From: Chiloscyllium plagiosum
Taxonomy: Eukaryota
Length of the DNA: 64,000 bases
Direction of reading: 5' to 3'
Assembly: GCF_004010195.1 (NCBI RefSeq)
Contig: NC_057756.1
Coordinates: 2,280,007 to 2,344,006, forward strand
A program made the position numbers and the translations under genes. Under the pieces are notes generated by a model. The model did no database searches and had not been told where the DNA came from. It worked only from the letters and a program-made list of their open reading frames with translations. Of the stretch, positions 52,470-64,000 are shown in pieces (position 1 is the first letter of the stretch; each line of letters opens with the position of its first letter).

Positions 52470-55400
52470 AACACCTAAGTGCAGGCAGAGAGCAGCTGGA
52501 TAACTACCGGGAAAGACAAAGGTAGTAGGCCGAGAGAGTGGGAATCCTTTACGGAAATTGCCCTCTGGAACAAGGATACCGTTAGAATGCAGTTGGGGGA
52601 TGACCGTTCAAGGAAAAGCAGTAGTATCAAAGTTGGTAGCATTAAGAATGGCTCTGGAGCTAAGCAGGAATGTGCAACTAAATAGGTTCTTATGAATGGG
52701 AGATTTGATAGTTAACGAGACAGACCGGAGGTTCTGTGGTCGCAAACGTGACTCCAGGGTGGTGTGTCGCCTTCCAGGCACCAGGATCTCGACTGTCTCA
52801 AAGAGGCTGCAGAACGTTCACAAGGGAGAGGGCGAACAGCCAGAAGTCATTGTGCACGTTGACACAAATGGCATAGTTAGAAATAGGAATGAGGTCCTGC
52901 AGAATTAATATACAGAGGTAGGGAATAAAACGATTAAAGCCAGAACGTCGTTGGGGATGATCTCTGTATTAATTCCACTACCTCGTGCTAGTCAGTTTCG
53001 GAATAGAAATGCATGGAAGAATGTACCGCTAATGAACCAATGGAGGACATATCTGAATTCAGATTTGCAGATTGTTGCGGTCTTTTCAGGGGCAGAGGTG
53101 AGCTGCTCAAGAGGAACAGTTTGCACCTGAACTGGCGGTGTACCAATTTCTTTGGCGCCAGTTTTAGCCCCACTACAAGCGAAAGTTTCAATTAGATTGG
53201 CAGAGCGTGGGATCCTCAACAGCAGGGACGCAAATGTCAGTATTGAACAAGACAGTAATCAGAAATAATAATTTGACGAGATAGGTCAGACTGGAAAACG
53301 ACAGGGAGCAATAAATTCCTGTTGGAGTAATTTATATCTATTTTAAAGCAGGAGGGCTGACAGGTAAGAATTATGAACTTAGGGCAAGGATTGTTAATTA
53401 GGACGGGGATATTGAAGCCATTATGGTAACGTGGATAAGCGTGGGACATTACTGGCAGCCTAATGTACCAGGGCAATGTTCTTCAGGCGGAATAGAGGCG
53501 TAGAAGGAGACGAGGAGGAGTTGAAATATTATTTAAGTCAAGTACTACTGCAGTAGACAAAGATCAAATAACTTAAAGATTATCTCGTGAAGCTTTCTGT
53601 GTGCAGCAAAATTATAACATTATTGGGCTTGCACTATATCTCCGCAAATACTCAAAGACAATGAGAGGAACAAATATACAGGGTTAATGAGAGAATTGCA
53701 AGAAAAATAAGGTTGCCAGAGTAGTGGATTTCAATTTTCCTAACATAGATTGGGATTGTCAGAGCTTTAACTTATTAAAAGGTTTGGAATTAGTTAGTAT
53801 TTTCAGTAATGTTTTCTCCGTGGACTTGTTAGCATGAAGAGGCTATTTGCACGCTGATGAATTCAATGATTAATTCAAGCAGTAAATAGAGGGTCCTATT
53901 CGGGTAGGGGCAAAACACAAACTACTCTAAGGAAATAGGGCTGAATAGATGGCGGAGCTGATGGTGGGGGAGCACTTTTAGATCAGTGACCAAAGAGCTA
54001 ATAATTTTTTTAAAAAGCTATGGAGACGGACAAAATCGGTTCACAGGTTCAAGTTCTGAATTGGGGTAAGGTGATTTTTGATGGAATTAGAAAGATGCTG
54101 GTGGGTGTCGATTAAAATTGCTTGTTTGCAGGCCAAGGGATCTCTGATGAGTAGAAGTCCTTTAATACTGAGACAGCTTACTTTCAAACTATATGTTTCT
54201 GTGATGGCGAACGGCAAGGTTTGCAGGAACAGTGAAGCTTGGACGACAATAGATATTGAGGCTTTGACCAGAAGATGGAGTAGGTGTGGGTCACGTTCAG
54301 ACAGATAGGATGGAGGTGATTCTTAGATGCATACAGGGAATACAGAAATTTACTAAAGAAGAGAATCAGGAGGGTGAAAATGGAGAATGAGATAGCCTTG
54401 GCTGCGGACATTGGAGTGAATTCAAATAGATACTTTAATTACATTAAAGGCAAAAGAATATCTGCAGAGAGAATATGCCCCCTCAAGGATCAAATTGGAC
54501 ATGTATTTATAGAACCGTAGGAGATGAGAGAGGCTCTCAATCAATATTTCTCCTCTGTGCTTACCATTGAGAAAGACAAGAAGACTTGGGAACTTGGGAA
54601 GATACCTTGTGTTCATCCATATTACAGTAGAGAAAGAGTAGAATGTATGTGAAGGTGGATAAATCTCCTGGTCTTGACCAGATATTTCCATGAGCATTGC
54701 AAGAGGGTAAAATAAAACTCTGGGGTGTCTGGCTGATATTTTTGCATCATCATTAACCACGTGTGAGGTCCTTGAAGACTGAAGTGGAGCGAATTCTGTT
54801 CCATTATTCAAGAAAGACTGCCATGAATATCCTTGGAACAATAGATCAGCAAGCTCAACAAGTGTTATGGGTAACCTGAGAAGGTCCTGAGGGGTAACCA
54901 TGTGGAAAAACAGAGTTTGATTATGATTAGTCAGCATGGATTTGTGAATGAGAGGTAATGCATCGCAAATTTGTCAACGTTTTTGATGAAGTGACCAGAA
55001 AGGATGATTGGGGCACGACGGTTAAAGCAAACTTAGTGGATTGCACTAAGGCCTTTTATAAGTTTCCACATGTTAGGCTGCTCTGGATGTTTAGATTGCA
55101 TAGAATCCTCGCGGAATTAGCAAATTGGATACATAATTGACTTGATGGTAGGAAACAGAGTGTTATCATAGAAGAATGCTTGTCGGACTGGAGGCCTGTG
55201 ACTGACGGTGTGTCCCAGGTGTCGGTGGTGTAACTATCATTGTTCGTTATCTATATAAATAATTTGAACAAGGTAACACAATACGTCATTGGCATATTTG
55301 CAGTTGTTCCTATATAACGTGGTATCGTGGATGTAAGGAAAATTGTCAGAAATTACAACAGAACCTTGATCAACTGGGGAGGTGGGCTGAGAAATGGCAA

Positions 55401-56447
55401 ATGGAGTTTAACACAGATAAGTTTGAGGTCTTGAACTTTGGGTATTGAAACCAAAGTAGCTGTTTCATGGTGAATGGCAGGGCCTTAAAGATTATAATGG
55501 AAATGAGGGATCTAAGAGTTTAGGTTTAGAGTTCTCTGTAACTGAAGTCACTGGTAGACAGGGCAGTGAAAAATGCTTTTGGCATACAGATATTCATCAG
55601 CCAGTGCATTTAGTATCAAAGTTGGGAAGTTATATTACAGTGGTACACGATGTTGATGATGCTGCACTTGGAATATCGTATTCAGTTTTGATCAGAATGT
55701 TATGGGAAGGATGTTATTAAACTGGAAATAATTCAAGTGAAAGTGTATAAGATGTTTCAAAGATTCAATGGTGTGAGTTATAGAAAGATGTTGGACAAGC
55801 TAGGACTTACATCTTAGGAGACTGGGTGGGGTGCACGGGGGGACTTATGGATGTGCAGAAGATTATGAAATGCATGAATCGGGTTATCATGCTGTTTTTT
55901 TTTAAAGGGTTGTGGAATCGAGATCAACAAAGCATCACTTTAAGGTTCGATGCAAAAGAATAAAAGGGAACCTGAGGAACAACTCTTACACTGAGAGTGG
56001 TATGCATGTGGATTGAGCTGGAGTGAAAGTGGTTGTGGCAGTTACAAGAGCAAATTTTGATATGCTTTTGGATGAATATATGAATAGTAAAGTTTAGAAT
56101 GCTATGGGCTACGTGCAAAGAAATGGGTTTAGCATGGAAGGAAAAGGGTTGTGGAATCGAGATCAACAAAGCATCACTTTAAGGTTCGATGCAAATGAAT
56201 AAAAGGGAACCTGAGGAACAACTCTTACACCGAGAGTGGTATGCATGTGGATTGAGCTGGAGTGAAAGTGGTTGCGGCAGTTACAAGAGCAAATTTTAAT
56301 ATGCTTTTGGATGAATATATGAATAGTAAAGTTTAGAATGCTATGGGCTACGTGCAAAGAAATGGGTTTAGCATGGAAGGACATTTTGATCTGCAAGGGG
56401 TTTGTGCCAAATGGCCTTTCTCCATGTTGTAGGACTCTATGTCTATA
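52470..56447 (+). mobile_element. Near-full-length decayed CR1/HER1 LINE
   Basis: ORF1 GDSL-like MGDLIV..DRRFCG..VVCRLPG..VIVHVDTN, LHLNW; ORF2 DFNFPNIDW, QHGFV, KAFYKFPH.RLL, KWQMEFN; CR1 tail. Confidence 0.93.
55904..56381 (+). repeat. 239-bp direct tandem duplication inside the CR1 3' end
   Basis: 55904-56142 versus 56143-56381; 4 substitutions counted by eye. Confidence 0.97.
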
Positions 56448-56964
56448 ATGCAAACGTCTGCTGATTCGCAATACAACTGCAACACGTTACTTTTTGAAAC
56501 TTAATGCTAAAGAATTTCTTAAGCATCCCACTATTTTTGAAAAAAGAAGACGGATACTGTTTAATTTTAACTTATTCATGTGTCAGCACCTTGTCAATTA
56601 GTCCGGGGTAATTAATTGCACCACATTCCCAACAATGGACAATTGGACCATGGCTCTGTTGCTCCCAGCTTTCCTTTGTCCTGATATCTTCAAAATCAAT
56701 GTGACGTGTACAAATTTCCGACCAAGCTGGAGTGTACATGAGCAATGGAATACATTAATTCATAGCTAACACACTTATTATCTCTGTGGTATCCTATTTT
56801 AGAACTAGAGAGGAAAGGTGGGCGGTTTAAAGGGACTTGTTGGTTTTTGTCCCATAAAATGTGGCAATACTTTCGGTTTAATGACTAATAAATTAGACGT
56901 CCCTCAACTGATGAATCAACGCTCTTCCATCTTGAACAATGCATAATGAAAATGGGGGCGGCAA

Positions 56965-58850
56965 CATCACAAAATGAACTTTGGGAGATGGATTTGATTA
57001 CCCAACACCAAGAGAAACTGGGCAACAGTATGGAAGATCAAGCCAGTGGGATCCTCCAAGACAGAGTAGCAAGACTCTGGCTGCAACAGGTGTTGGCATG
57101 CAAGAACTAAAAATTACTAAGCTGCCAGGTACTGATGAAAGCCTCCAAGACCGCTTTAGTAACAGTGACCACTGCAGGGTCCTTGTGAAGACGAAGTCCC
57201 GCCTTCACATTGAGATTATTTCCATCGTTTTGTGTGACAATATCGACATTCTACATGTGATAGTCTTTGAACAGACCTAGCAACTCAAGACTGGACATCC
57301 ATGAGGCACTGCAGATTATCAATAGTTGCAGAACTGTACTCCAGCACAATCTGCAACCTCATGACCCGGCACATATACGCCACTCAACCATTAGCATCAA
57401 GCTGGGTGTTCAACCCAGGTTCAGTGGAGAATACAGGAGGAACGGCTACAAGGGTAAATGAAGATGTTGTGATAGTTCAATGAAGCAAATTAACATGTCA
57501 ACATAGATGCCAAAACAGTGTTAATAGCAAGTGAAAAGCAAGCGATCCTACAACCAATGGATTAGATTTAAGCTCAGGCGTCCTGGCAAATCCAGTTAAG
57601 AATGATGGTGGCCAATAAAATAACTCACTGGAGGGTCCACCAATATTCCTGTCCTCAATGATAGAACAGCCCAGAACATCAGTGCAGAGGATAATTCCGA
57701 AACATTCACAGCAATATTCTGCCCGAATTGCCGATTGGATGATTCATCTCGACCTCCTCCTGTGTTCCCACCAATACAGAGACCGGTCTTCAGTCAATTC
57801 GAATAATTTCAAATTATATCAAAAAAGGACTGGAGACACTGGATCCTGTACAGACTTTTGGCACTGACAACACTCTGGCAATAATGCTGAAGACATGTGT
57901 TTTGGAACGTTGTGCTCCTCGATCCAAAATGAATCGGTTCAATCACAACACTGACATTTTCCTGACATTGTGGAAAACTGCACAAGTATGCCCTTTACAG
58001 ATAAAACAGAGCATATCTACCCCGGTTAATTACTGAACCCATACATCTAATATTGATCATCAGTAATTTCCTTGAAGGTGTCATCAACATATAAGGTGCC
58101 CAGAAGCAGAACCTACTCAGCAATGCCCTGTTCAGAAAATTTGAGCTTTGGTTCCACCATGGCCACTCAGCACCTGACCTCATTACAAGTTTTGTTCAAG
58201 CGTAGACAAAAAAAAGCTGACTTCCATAAATGAGGTGAGACCGACAACCCTTGTCATCAAGGCTGTATTCGAACAAGTGTGACATCAAGGAGTCATGATG
58301 CAAACTTGAATAAATCCATTCCAAGATCAAAGTCCCCATCTAACAGAGTTATATTTGACAACTAGGAGATTATTGGAGATCAGTTTCTCAGCTCCATGAC
58401 ACAAGTGCGTGAGATCATCAGACTAGTGTCCTAGGTGCAACTATCTTTAGCTTCTTCATCAATGACCTTCCTTCCACCATAAGGACAAAAGTGGGAATGT
58501 TCGCCTATGAATGCACAAACTTTAGCAGCAGTGTGTACTAGGAATGCAATGGAGAAATTAATCAAAGGTCCTCAGACAGCAAATTCGAAGAACGACGACG
58601 ACTTCCATCGAGAAGGATAAGAGCAGCAGCTATATGGAAACTCCTGCACAAGGATTCAAATTCCTGTCCAAGCTACTCACAATTCTTACATAGAACTGTT
58701 CCTTTACTTTAGTTGGCACAAAATCCTGGAATTCCCTTCCGAACATCATTGTGAGTCAACACACAGCAGGTGGACGGCAGAGGTTTTAGGAGGCAGCTCC
58801 CCATCACTTTCTGAGTGACAACAGGAAATGGGTAATAAATGATGGTCGAT
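56965..58850 (+). mobile_element. Decayed APE-RT LINE of a second (CR1/L2-group) family with internal deletions
   Basis: SDHCRVLVKTKSRLHIE (APE end), DLATQDW, TLWKTAQVCP, FHHGHSAPDLIT, IKAVFEQV*H, FINDLP..MFA; aataaa near 58835. Confidence 0.88.
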
Positions 58851-58914
58851 CAGCAAAGCACAAATTACAGAAATGAGGAATTTTACTTGCCAAAATTAAC
58901 AGTCATGCCCTTTG

Positions 58915-59233
58915 GGAGGTGGCATGGTGGCTCAGTGGTTAGCACTGCTGCCTCACAGTACCAGAGACTTGAGTTTAATTACTGCCTCGCTCGACGTTTC
59001 AGTGGAATTCGTGCATTCCCTCCATGTCGGCATGGGTTTCCTCTGGGTGCTCTGGTTTCCACCCACAGTCCAAAAATGTGCAGAACAGGTGAATTGGCCA
59101 TGCTAAATTGCCCATAATATTATGTGCATTAGTCAGGGGGCAATGGGTGTGGGAGGGTTACTCTACCGAGGGTCCGTGTGGACTTGCTGTCCGGAAAAAC
59201 CTGTTTCTACACTGTCTGGAACCTAATCTAATC
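58915..59233 (+). mobile_element. HE1-type tRNA-derived SINE
   Basis: ggtggctcagtggttagcactgctgcctcacag head, conserved core, (ctaat)n tail. Confidence 0.93.
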
Positions 59234-59500
59234 TTTGACAATGTGTTTTCGCCAGTTTGTGCATAGCTCAAACTGGAATGATATATGTGTCTTCTGGAAC
59301 AATCGCAGACAGACGGTTTCTCTTGCTCTGTTAAAGTAAGTTCTCATTTCATATAATGAAGGATAATTTTCACTGTCTCCAAAGCCTTACTCACTTTGAC
59401 TCATATCTTCCTGTTTGTATAGTGATATGAGATCATGAATACGCTTTTAATCTTTTGGCCGTTTGAAGTATTGCTGTTAATTTTCAATTCAGTTTTATAG

Positions 59501-61320
59501 CACATTACTGGACTGTAAAACGCATCCAACTATCTAACATTTCAACTTTTCATCGCAAGAATATGAAATTTTCATTTTATTTTGTTATTCCACAATGATC
59601 ACTTACAATCTTACCATGGCATCTCAGCCTAATCTACATCAAATAAACTTTGACTTGTGTATCTGAAGGTTTGTACGTCAAAAGGTTTCAATTTGTCCTT
59701 TCAGGAAAGAAATGATTCTCAATTCACGACTCAAACCTTCAAAGCTGCGTTTTCTAAACGTTTTGTATGGTAGATTGTTCTGATAAAATGACATAAAACT
59801 GAAAAAATCAATTCAATGTCATTGAGAGTCACATATTACTGCAGGATCCTTAACGACAAAATCTTTTACTCCTATTTCATTTCATGGTATGTCATTTTAT
59901 ATAACTTATAACTGATTGCCCAACAAATTTCCCAAAGTCAATTCCTTAAAACAAGGACTATAAAGTAAACATCTCAGAGCTCATTGGACAGTTTAACTCT
60001 CCTGACCTCATCGAAGGTTAAGTATGCAATAGATATCACACTGCTTCTTGTCACAAGTTCCATTATAGTCTTCTCAAGAAATTATTCGGTGCTTCATTTT
60101 ATTTCTGACGAATCACATAAAGTATTCTCATCTGAGTTTAGCAACTCTTCATTTTGCTGATGTAAATTGATAATTGCCATTCATGATAAGTTGAATTTAG
60201 ATCCATACTTAATAATGTTTTGCATCGAATGTATTCTAAGATCTACACTTAGGTTATGCCGGCCTCCACAAAATACTTGCAATCTTCCGTTATTTATTAA
60301 CGACCACTCAATACCTGTTATTTATTGCATTTCGCAAAGAACAGATTTAAATAAATCATCACACTTATTGCTCACATTTTATCACATTTGTTTCCAATGC
60401 TTTGCTCACAAACGAAATTACACTTTTCATCTGTCTGTTACCTTTATTCTTGTTAAGACATGCCTAACTGAAACACATTTTTCATCTTTCTGTCCTGCTG
60501 TGCTCCAGATTAACGATATTGTAATACTCCTTTGATTAATGATTAATTAATATCAGTTCACCAGAGCAAATTGAACTTCCAGTAGACCCCAGTTTACCCA
60601 ATTATTTAAAAGCAAAACCAAACCCTGAATTTAAGAATTGGCCAGAAACTTGTTTCCATTTTTAACTAAACTACAAAAATTCAAATGAAGGGCGCATTTG
60701 AAGTTCTCGCTTATATCCGTCGTTCCTGCAGGTGTTTGCTGTGTAGAGATAACATCGTCATCATAGGAAAAAAACTACTCTTGCTGGAAAGAATGATTTT
60801 AAAATTAAATTTAAACGTTGAAATGTCATATATTGAAAGAAACGTTTTTTTTGCGGCTGAGCTTGATGTTTCAGAAGTCAATTTTCTTTGAGCTTCTGCA
60901 AGATTTTTTTCTGGCTAAATTATTCAATAATCAATAGACAATAGGTGCAGGTGGTGCCCTTCGAGCTTGCACCACCATTCATTAAGATCATGGCTGATCA
61001 TCCTCAATCAGTAATCAAGGGAAATGTTGTACTGATTTCACTAATAACATTTATTTCCGCGTGATATGCATGTCTGAATTTCCTCTGTCAAATTTGAAGT
61101 CTCCCTCCATGCACGATGAATGCCCTCAGTCAAATAGCAAGTGCTGAATAAAAGTGAGTTGACTGGCAGCACTTCTGCAGCAAGAACCACAGTTACCATT
61201 TCTAGGCTGATGACAGGACTTTACAACTAGAAATGTCCAATAGGTTGCACTGGGAAGGTAAACCGAATTCTGCTGTTCTGTGACCTGTCTTCAGAAAACT
61301 TGTCATATACTTTGAAAATA
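59501..61320 (+). pseudogene. Trypsin-like domain relic k
   Basis: ARI*N, LPWHLSL (59611), TC..G..QFVLSGKK*F, YITYN*LP..LKQG (59898-59960), EVLAY..SCR..DNI../AG (60700-60790), PIGCT/EGKP (61237-61265). Confidence 0.7.
60930..61012 (-). mobile_element. Short CR1 3' tail
   Basis: Homologous to 42636-42730. Confidence 0.85.
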
Positions 61321-61499
61321 CACGATTTGTCGACATTTACTTTTTCTTCACTTCCCTTTATAACTGACGTCTTTCAACATGACATAATTGCTAGGCAGCT
61401 TTTATGTTTTTATCCTAATGGTAGTTCATTTTTTGTTACTGTCAAACGTTAATGTGCATCACCATTGAACATACACATATACAAAATACAAATGAAATG

Positions 61500-63905
61500 A
61501 CCTGATGATAAACTGTTTGCTCACCGCTCTTCCATTGCTGGCGAGGGGAGAACAATCCATTGACATAAAGCTGAGTAAACGTGAGTCAAATTTGGCCAGC
61601 CTGAAGATTTTAACCGCAGATGTGCATGTGGAGTATGATCGAAATGCGACATATTTCATCATTTAACTGCAGTCAGGACAACCATTTCATAGAGTATTGA
61701 TCTTCAGGCAAAATTATAGCAAATTTCAAATCTGATCGCGTTAAAACAGCTTTGTTTAAAAAATTCAACAAAGCTGCTTCTTCTACTCTTTTCAGCAAAT
61801 ATTTTGAAAATGACTTATCAATCATCAGAAGCTGTTAAAAAAAATACAAGCTTCAGGGACAGGTCAGATATGTCGACATCAGCACTGATATTCGTGTAAA
61901 ACACAGATGTTTTCTCAATCCGCCTTCACCAATTACAACGTCACCTCTGAAATGAGTGCCTTTAAATTATCAAGCTTTTTGAAATTATATCTCGACCATG
62001 CTGTTTGAATGAGCCGTTAAATTGTCTAACCTGCAGAAAAGAATTAAGAGGAATTGTAGAAGCCACATTTAATGGTTGTTATTGATAGTTGCCTGAACCA
62101 GGACCATTCACTTTTGTTGGATACATGATAGTTTGCTGTCTCATTCCATCCACATCACTGTCATTATAACTTAGAATTTGGAATCGAAATGTGTTGCATG
62201 GAAAAGCACAGTAGACCAGGCAATATCAGAGGAGCAGGAGAGTGAACACATCGGGCACAAGCTCCTCAATTGGAATGTGGGTGGGCAGGAAGGGGTCTGA
62301 GAGATTAATAGGAAGGTATGGGTTGTGTTGACCAGAAGGTGGCTGGGAGTGTTAGTTAGACTCAGTTCAGGGGCTGTTTGTGATCAGTTGGTAGTGAGGC
62401 TGATGCAGATTCGAAGGGAAGCAAGATCAGCAGTTGGGATAGATGAAGTGGATACTAAAGAGTTTGAAAGCTGAATCTGGGATGATCTTCTGGGAGGGCA
62501 GTATTGTAATCTCGTGAAAGGGGTTAATGCTGTGTGGTTGAAGAGTCCCAACAGAGAACCTGAGATATTCTTCCTCTAAATAGTGGGGGGCTTGGATTTG
62601 GCAGTGGAGGAGGTCCAAACAGCAGACACAAAAGGACATTTGGGGCCTTGCTTGGGTGTGGCGGGGAGGAATGGGCGCAGGTTTTACACCTGTTATGACA
62701 GCAGCAGAAGGTGTTGGGTGTGGATAATAGGTTGTTGTGGTCTTTGACCTAACCAATGTAGTGAATGGTCTCCCTGGAATGCATATAGCGGTGGGAGGGA
62801 AATATGTCTCTAGTGGTGGAATCTGATTGTAGGTGATGGAAATGGTGGAGGATAATGTGTTTAAACTTCATACTACTGGGGTGGTAATTGAAGACCGTGA
62901 GGTTCTATCCTTGTTGCGGTTGGAAAGACGACGTTCACATGCATGGGGGCAGAAAGCCGAGGAGATGCGCTGGAGGGCATTGTTGATCCAGATGAATGGG
63001 GTATTGCTGTCCTGGAAATAGGAGGCCATCTGCGATGTCCCAGAGTGGCACTATTCCTCCAGTGACGAGTTACTACGTAGGCAGAGGAATTGGGAGTAAG
63101 CTTTTGTGTTTTTAATGGCGGGGATCGGAGGAGGTATAGTTTGGATCCAAGGCCTCCCCATTTTAACTCCTCTACCCTGAAGTCCCCTGGCTGATCCAGT
63201 CTGTCCTAATCACCACGGCAACAAAGTCTACTTCTCTAGTTTCTAAATCACCCCATCCTCACCTGATCCCAAAGCCAACCTTCCAACTTAGCAAGCATCT
63301 CTTGAACTGTCTCAACTCTCCAATGTTCTTTGTACCTCTCCACTCTACTCTTCCCACCGACCTATCATAATCAGTCCCACATCATGCAAGTATGACTTTC
63401 CCAGCAGCGTTTCCAAAGCCTCACCCTCCTATTAATCTCTCATCCCCTTCCCCACAACGCCCTATACTCCACATGAAGAGTTTATACATCTCGAAACATC
63501 GACTTGTTGTGCCTTCCCAGTGACAGACTTTTCAACTCTGACTCAACAGCATCTACAGTCTGCACGTTCTCTCAGTCGATTTAGAATTCGATTTTCGTTT
63601 AATTTAGCCAACATCATCGCTGCTCATTTTATAATCCAGTAATTGATCCTATTTCTTCATTCCAGCATCTGCCATGCATTCGTGAATGAATACTTCCTTA
63701 TCCTCTATCAAGTGCATGTAAGAGATCAGGCTTGATGATTTCCGTTATTTTCACTCATAAAATGGTTCCAGCAAGATTGCAAGCATAGCCCACAATTATT
63801 ATTTACTTGTAACTCAGTTATTCCTGATGGTCAGAATTCTTTGGTCAGAAAGAAAAGGACTGCTAGCAAGTCTCAGAATATGCCTTCTGGAGTTTCATGT
63901 TCAGG
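61500..63905 (+). pseudogene. About two further CUB domain relics
   Basis: NC..LARGE..SQIWP..QMCMWSM..HI (61511-61660); PYPLSSAC..RLDDF..DCK (63695-63783). Confidence 0.4.
62170..63575 (-). mobile_element. Penelope-like element with inverted terminal segment, decayed
   Basis: Minus-strand HYLEEEYLRFSVGTLQPHSIN (GIY-YIG C-terminus); 63180-63575 is an inverted copy of the 3' end. Confidence 0.85.
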
Positions 63906-64000
63906 TTTGAGAAAGGTCACTGGACCTTTATTTACAATTGCTGGATTTTTTTACCAATCCTGCAATTTCTATTTATTGAAACAAAACCTAATCAAAATAG

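Larger units (their letters stand above)
51712..59335 (+). pseudogene. Two or more CUB domain relics split by LINE/SINE insertions
   Basis: EFHSLKFPKM*FN..MWS..HVTI..F (51776-51930); PC..GSVAPSFPLS*YLQNQC (56589-56702); GMIYVSSGTIADRRFLL then gtaagt (59275-59335). Confidence 0.5.
225..63905 (+). pseudogene. Heavily decayed ovochymase-like CUB + trypsin-domain polyprotease pseudogene (or tandem pseudogene array), open at both window ends
   Basis: Manual translation across stops/frameshifts gives repeated, correctly ordered S1A motifs (IVNG 28832, HCL 5403, VENFIVHPEF 34954, ICLP 17001, AWG 5882, LCAG 6639, SACN..GPLL 36155-36195, GIVS 17965, PIGCT 61237). These alternate with CUB motifs (YIDIY..ILCGY ~10083-10137, IGRF* ~28580, GFSILY ~31432). 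All are on the + strand, many with residual AG/GT sites. Confidence 0.8.

Overview
This is vertebrate genomic DNA from a cartilaginous fish, probably an orectolobiform shark, judged from HE1-type SINEs, HER1/CR1 LINEs and shark-type Penelope elements. I found no intact protein-coding gene; the listed ORFs are TE fragments, pseudo-exon fragments or noise. Roughly 40% of the window is decayed transposons: CR1 LINEs, a second LINE family, Penelope-like elements with hammerhead-like motifs, a Gypsy relic with LTR, and SINEs. The main result concerns the non-repeat DNA. Translated by hand through stops and frameshifts, it reads on the + strand as a collinear series of about 11 ruined trypsin-family (S1A) protease domains interleaved with about 20-25 ruined CUB domains, running off both window ends. 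This looks like the fossil of a very large ovochymase-like CUB/serine-protease polyprotein gene, or a tight tandem array of such genes. Each domain call is weak alone; support comes from the correct motif order recurring many times on one strand. Pseudo-exon and TE boundaries are approximate, and no database search was run.
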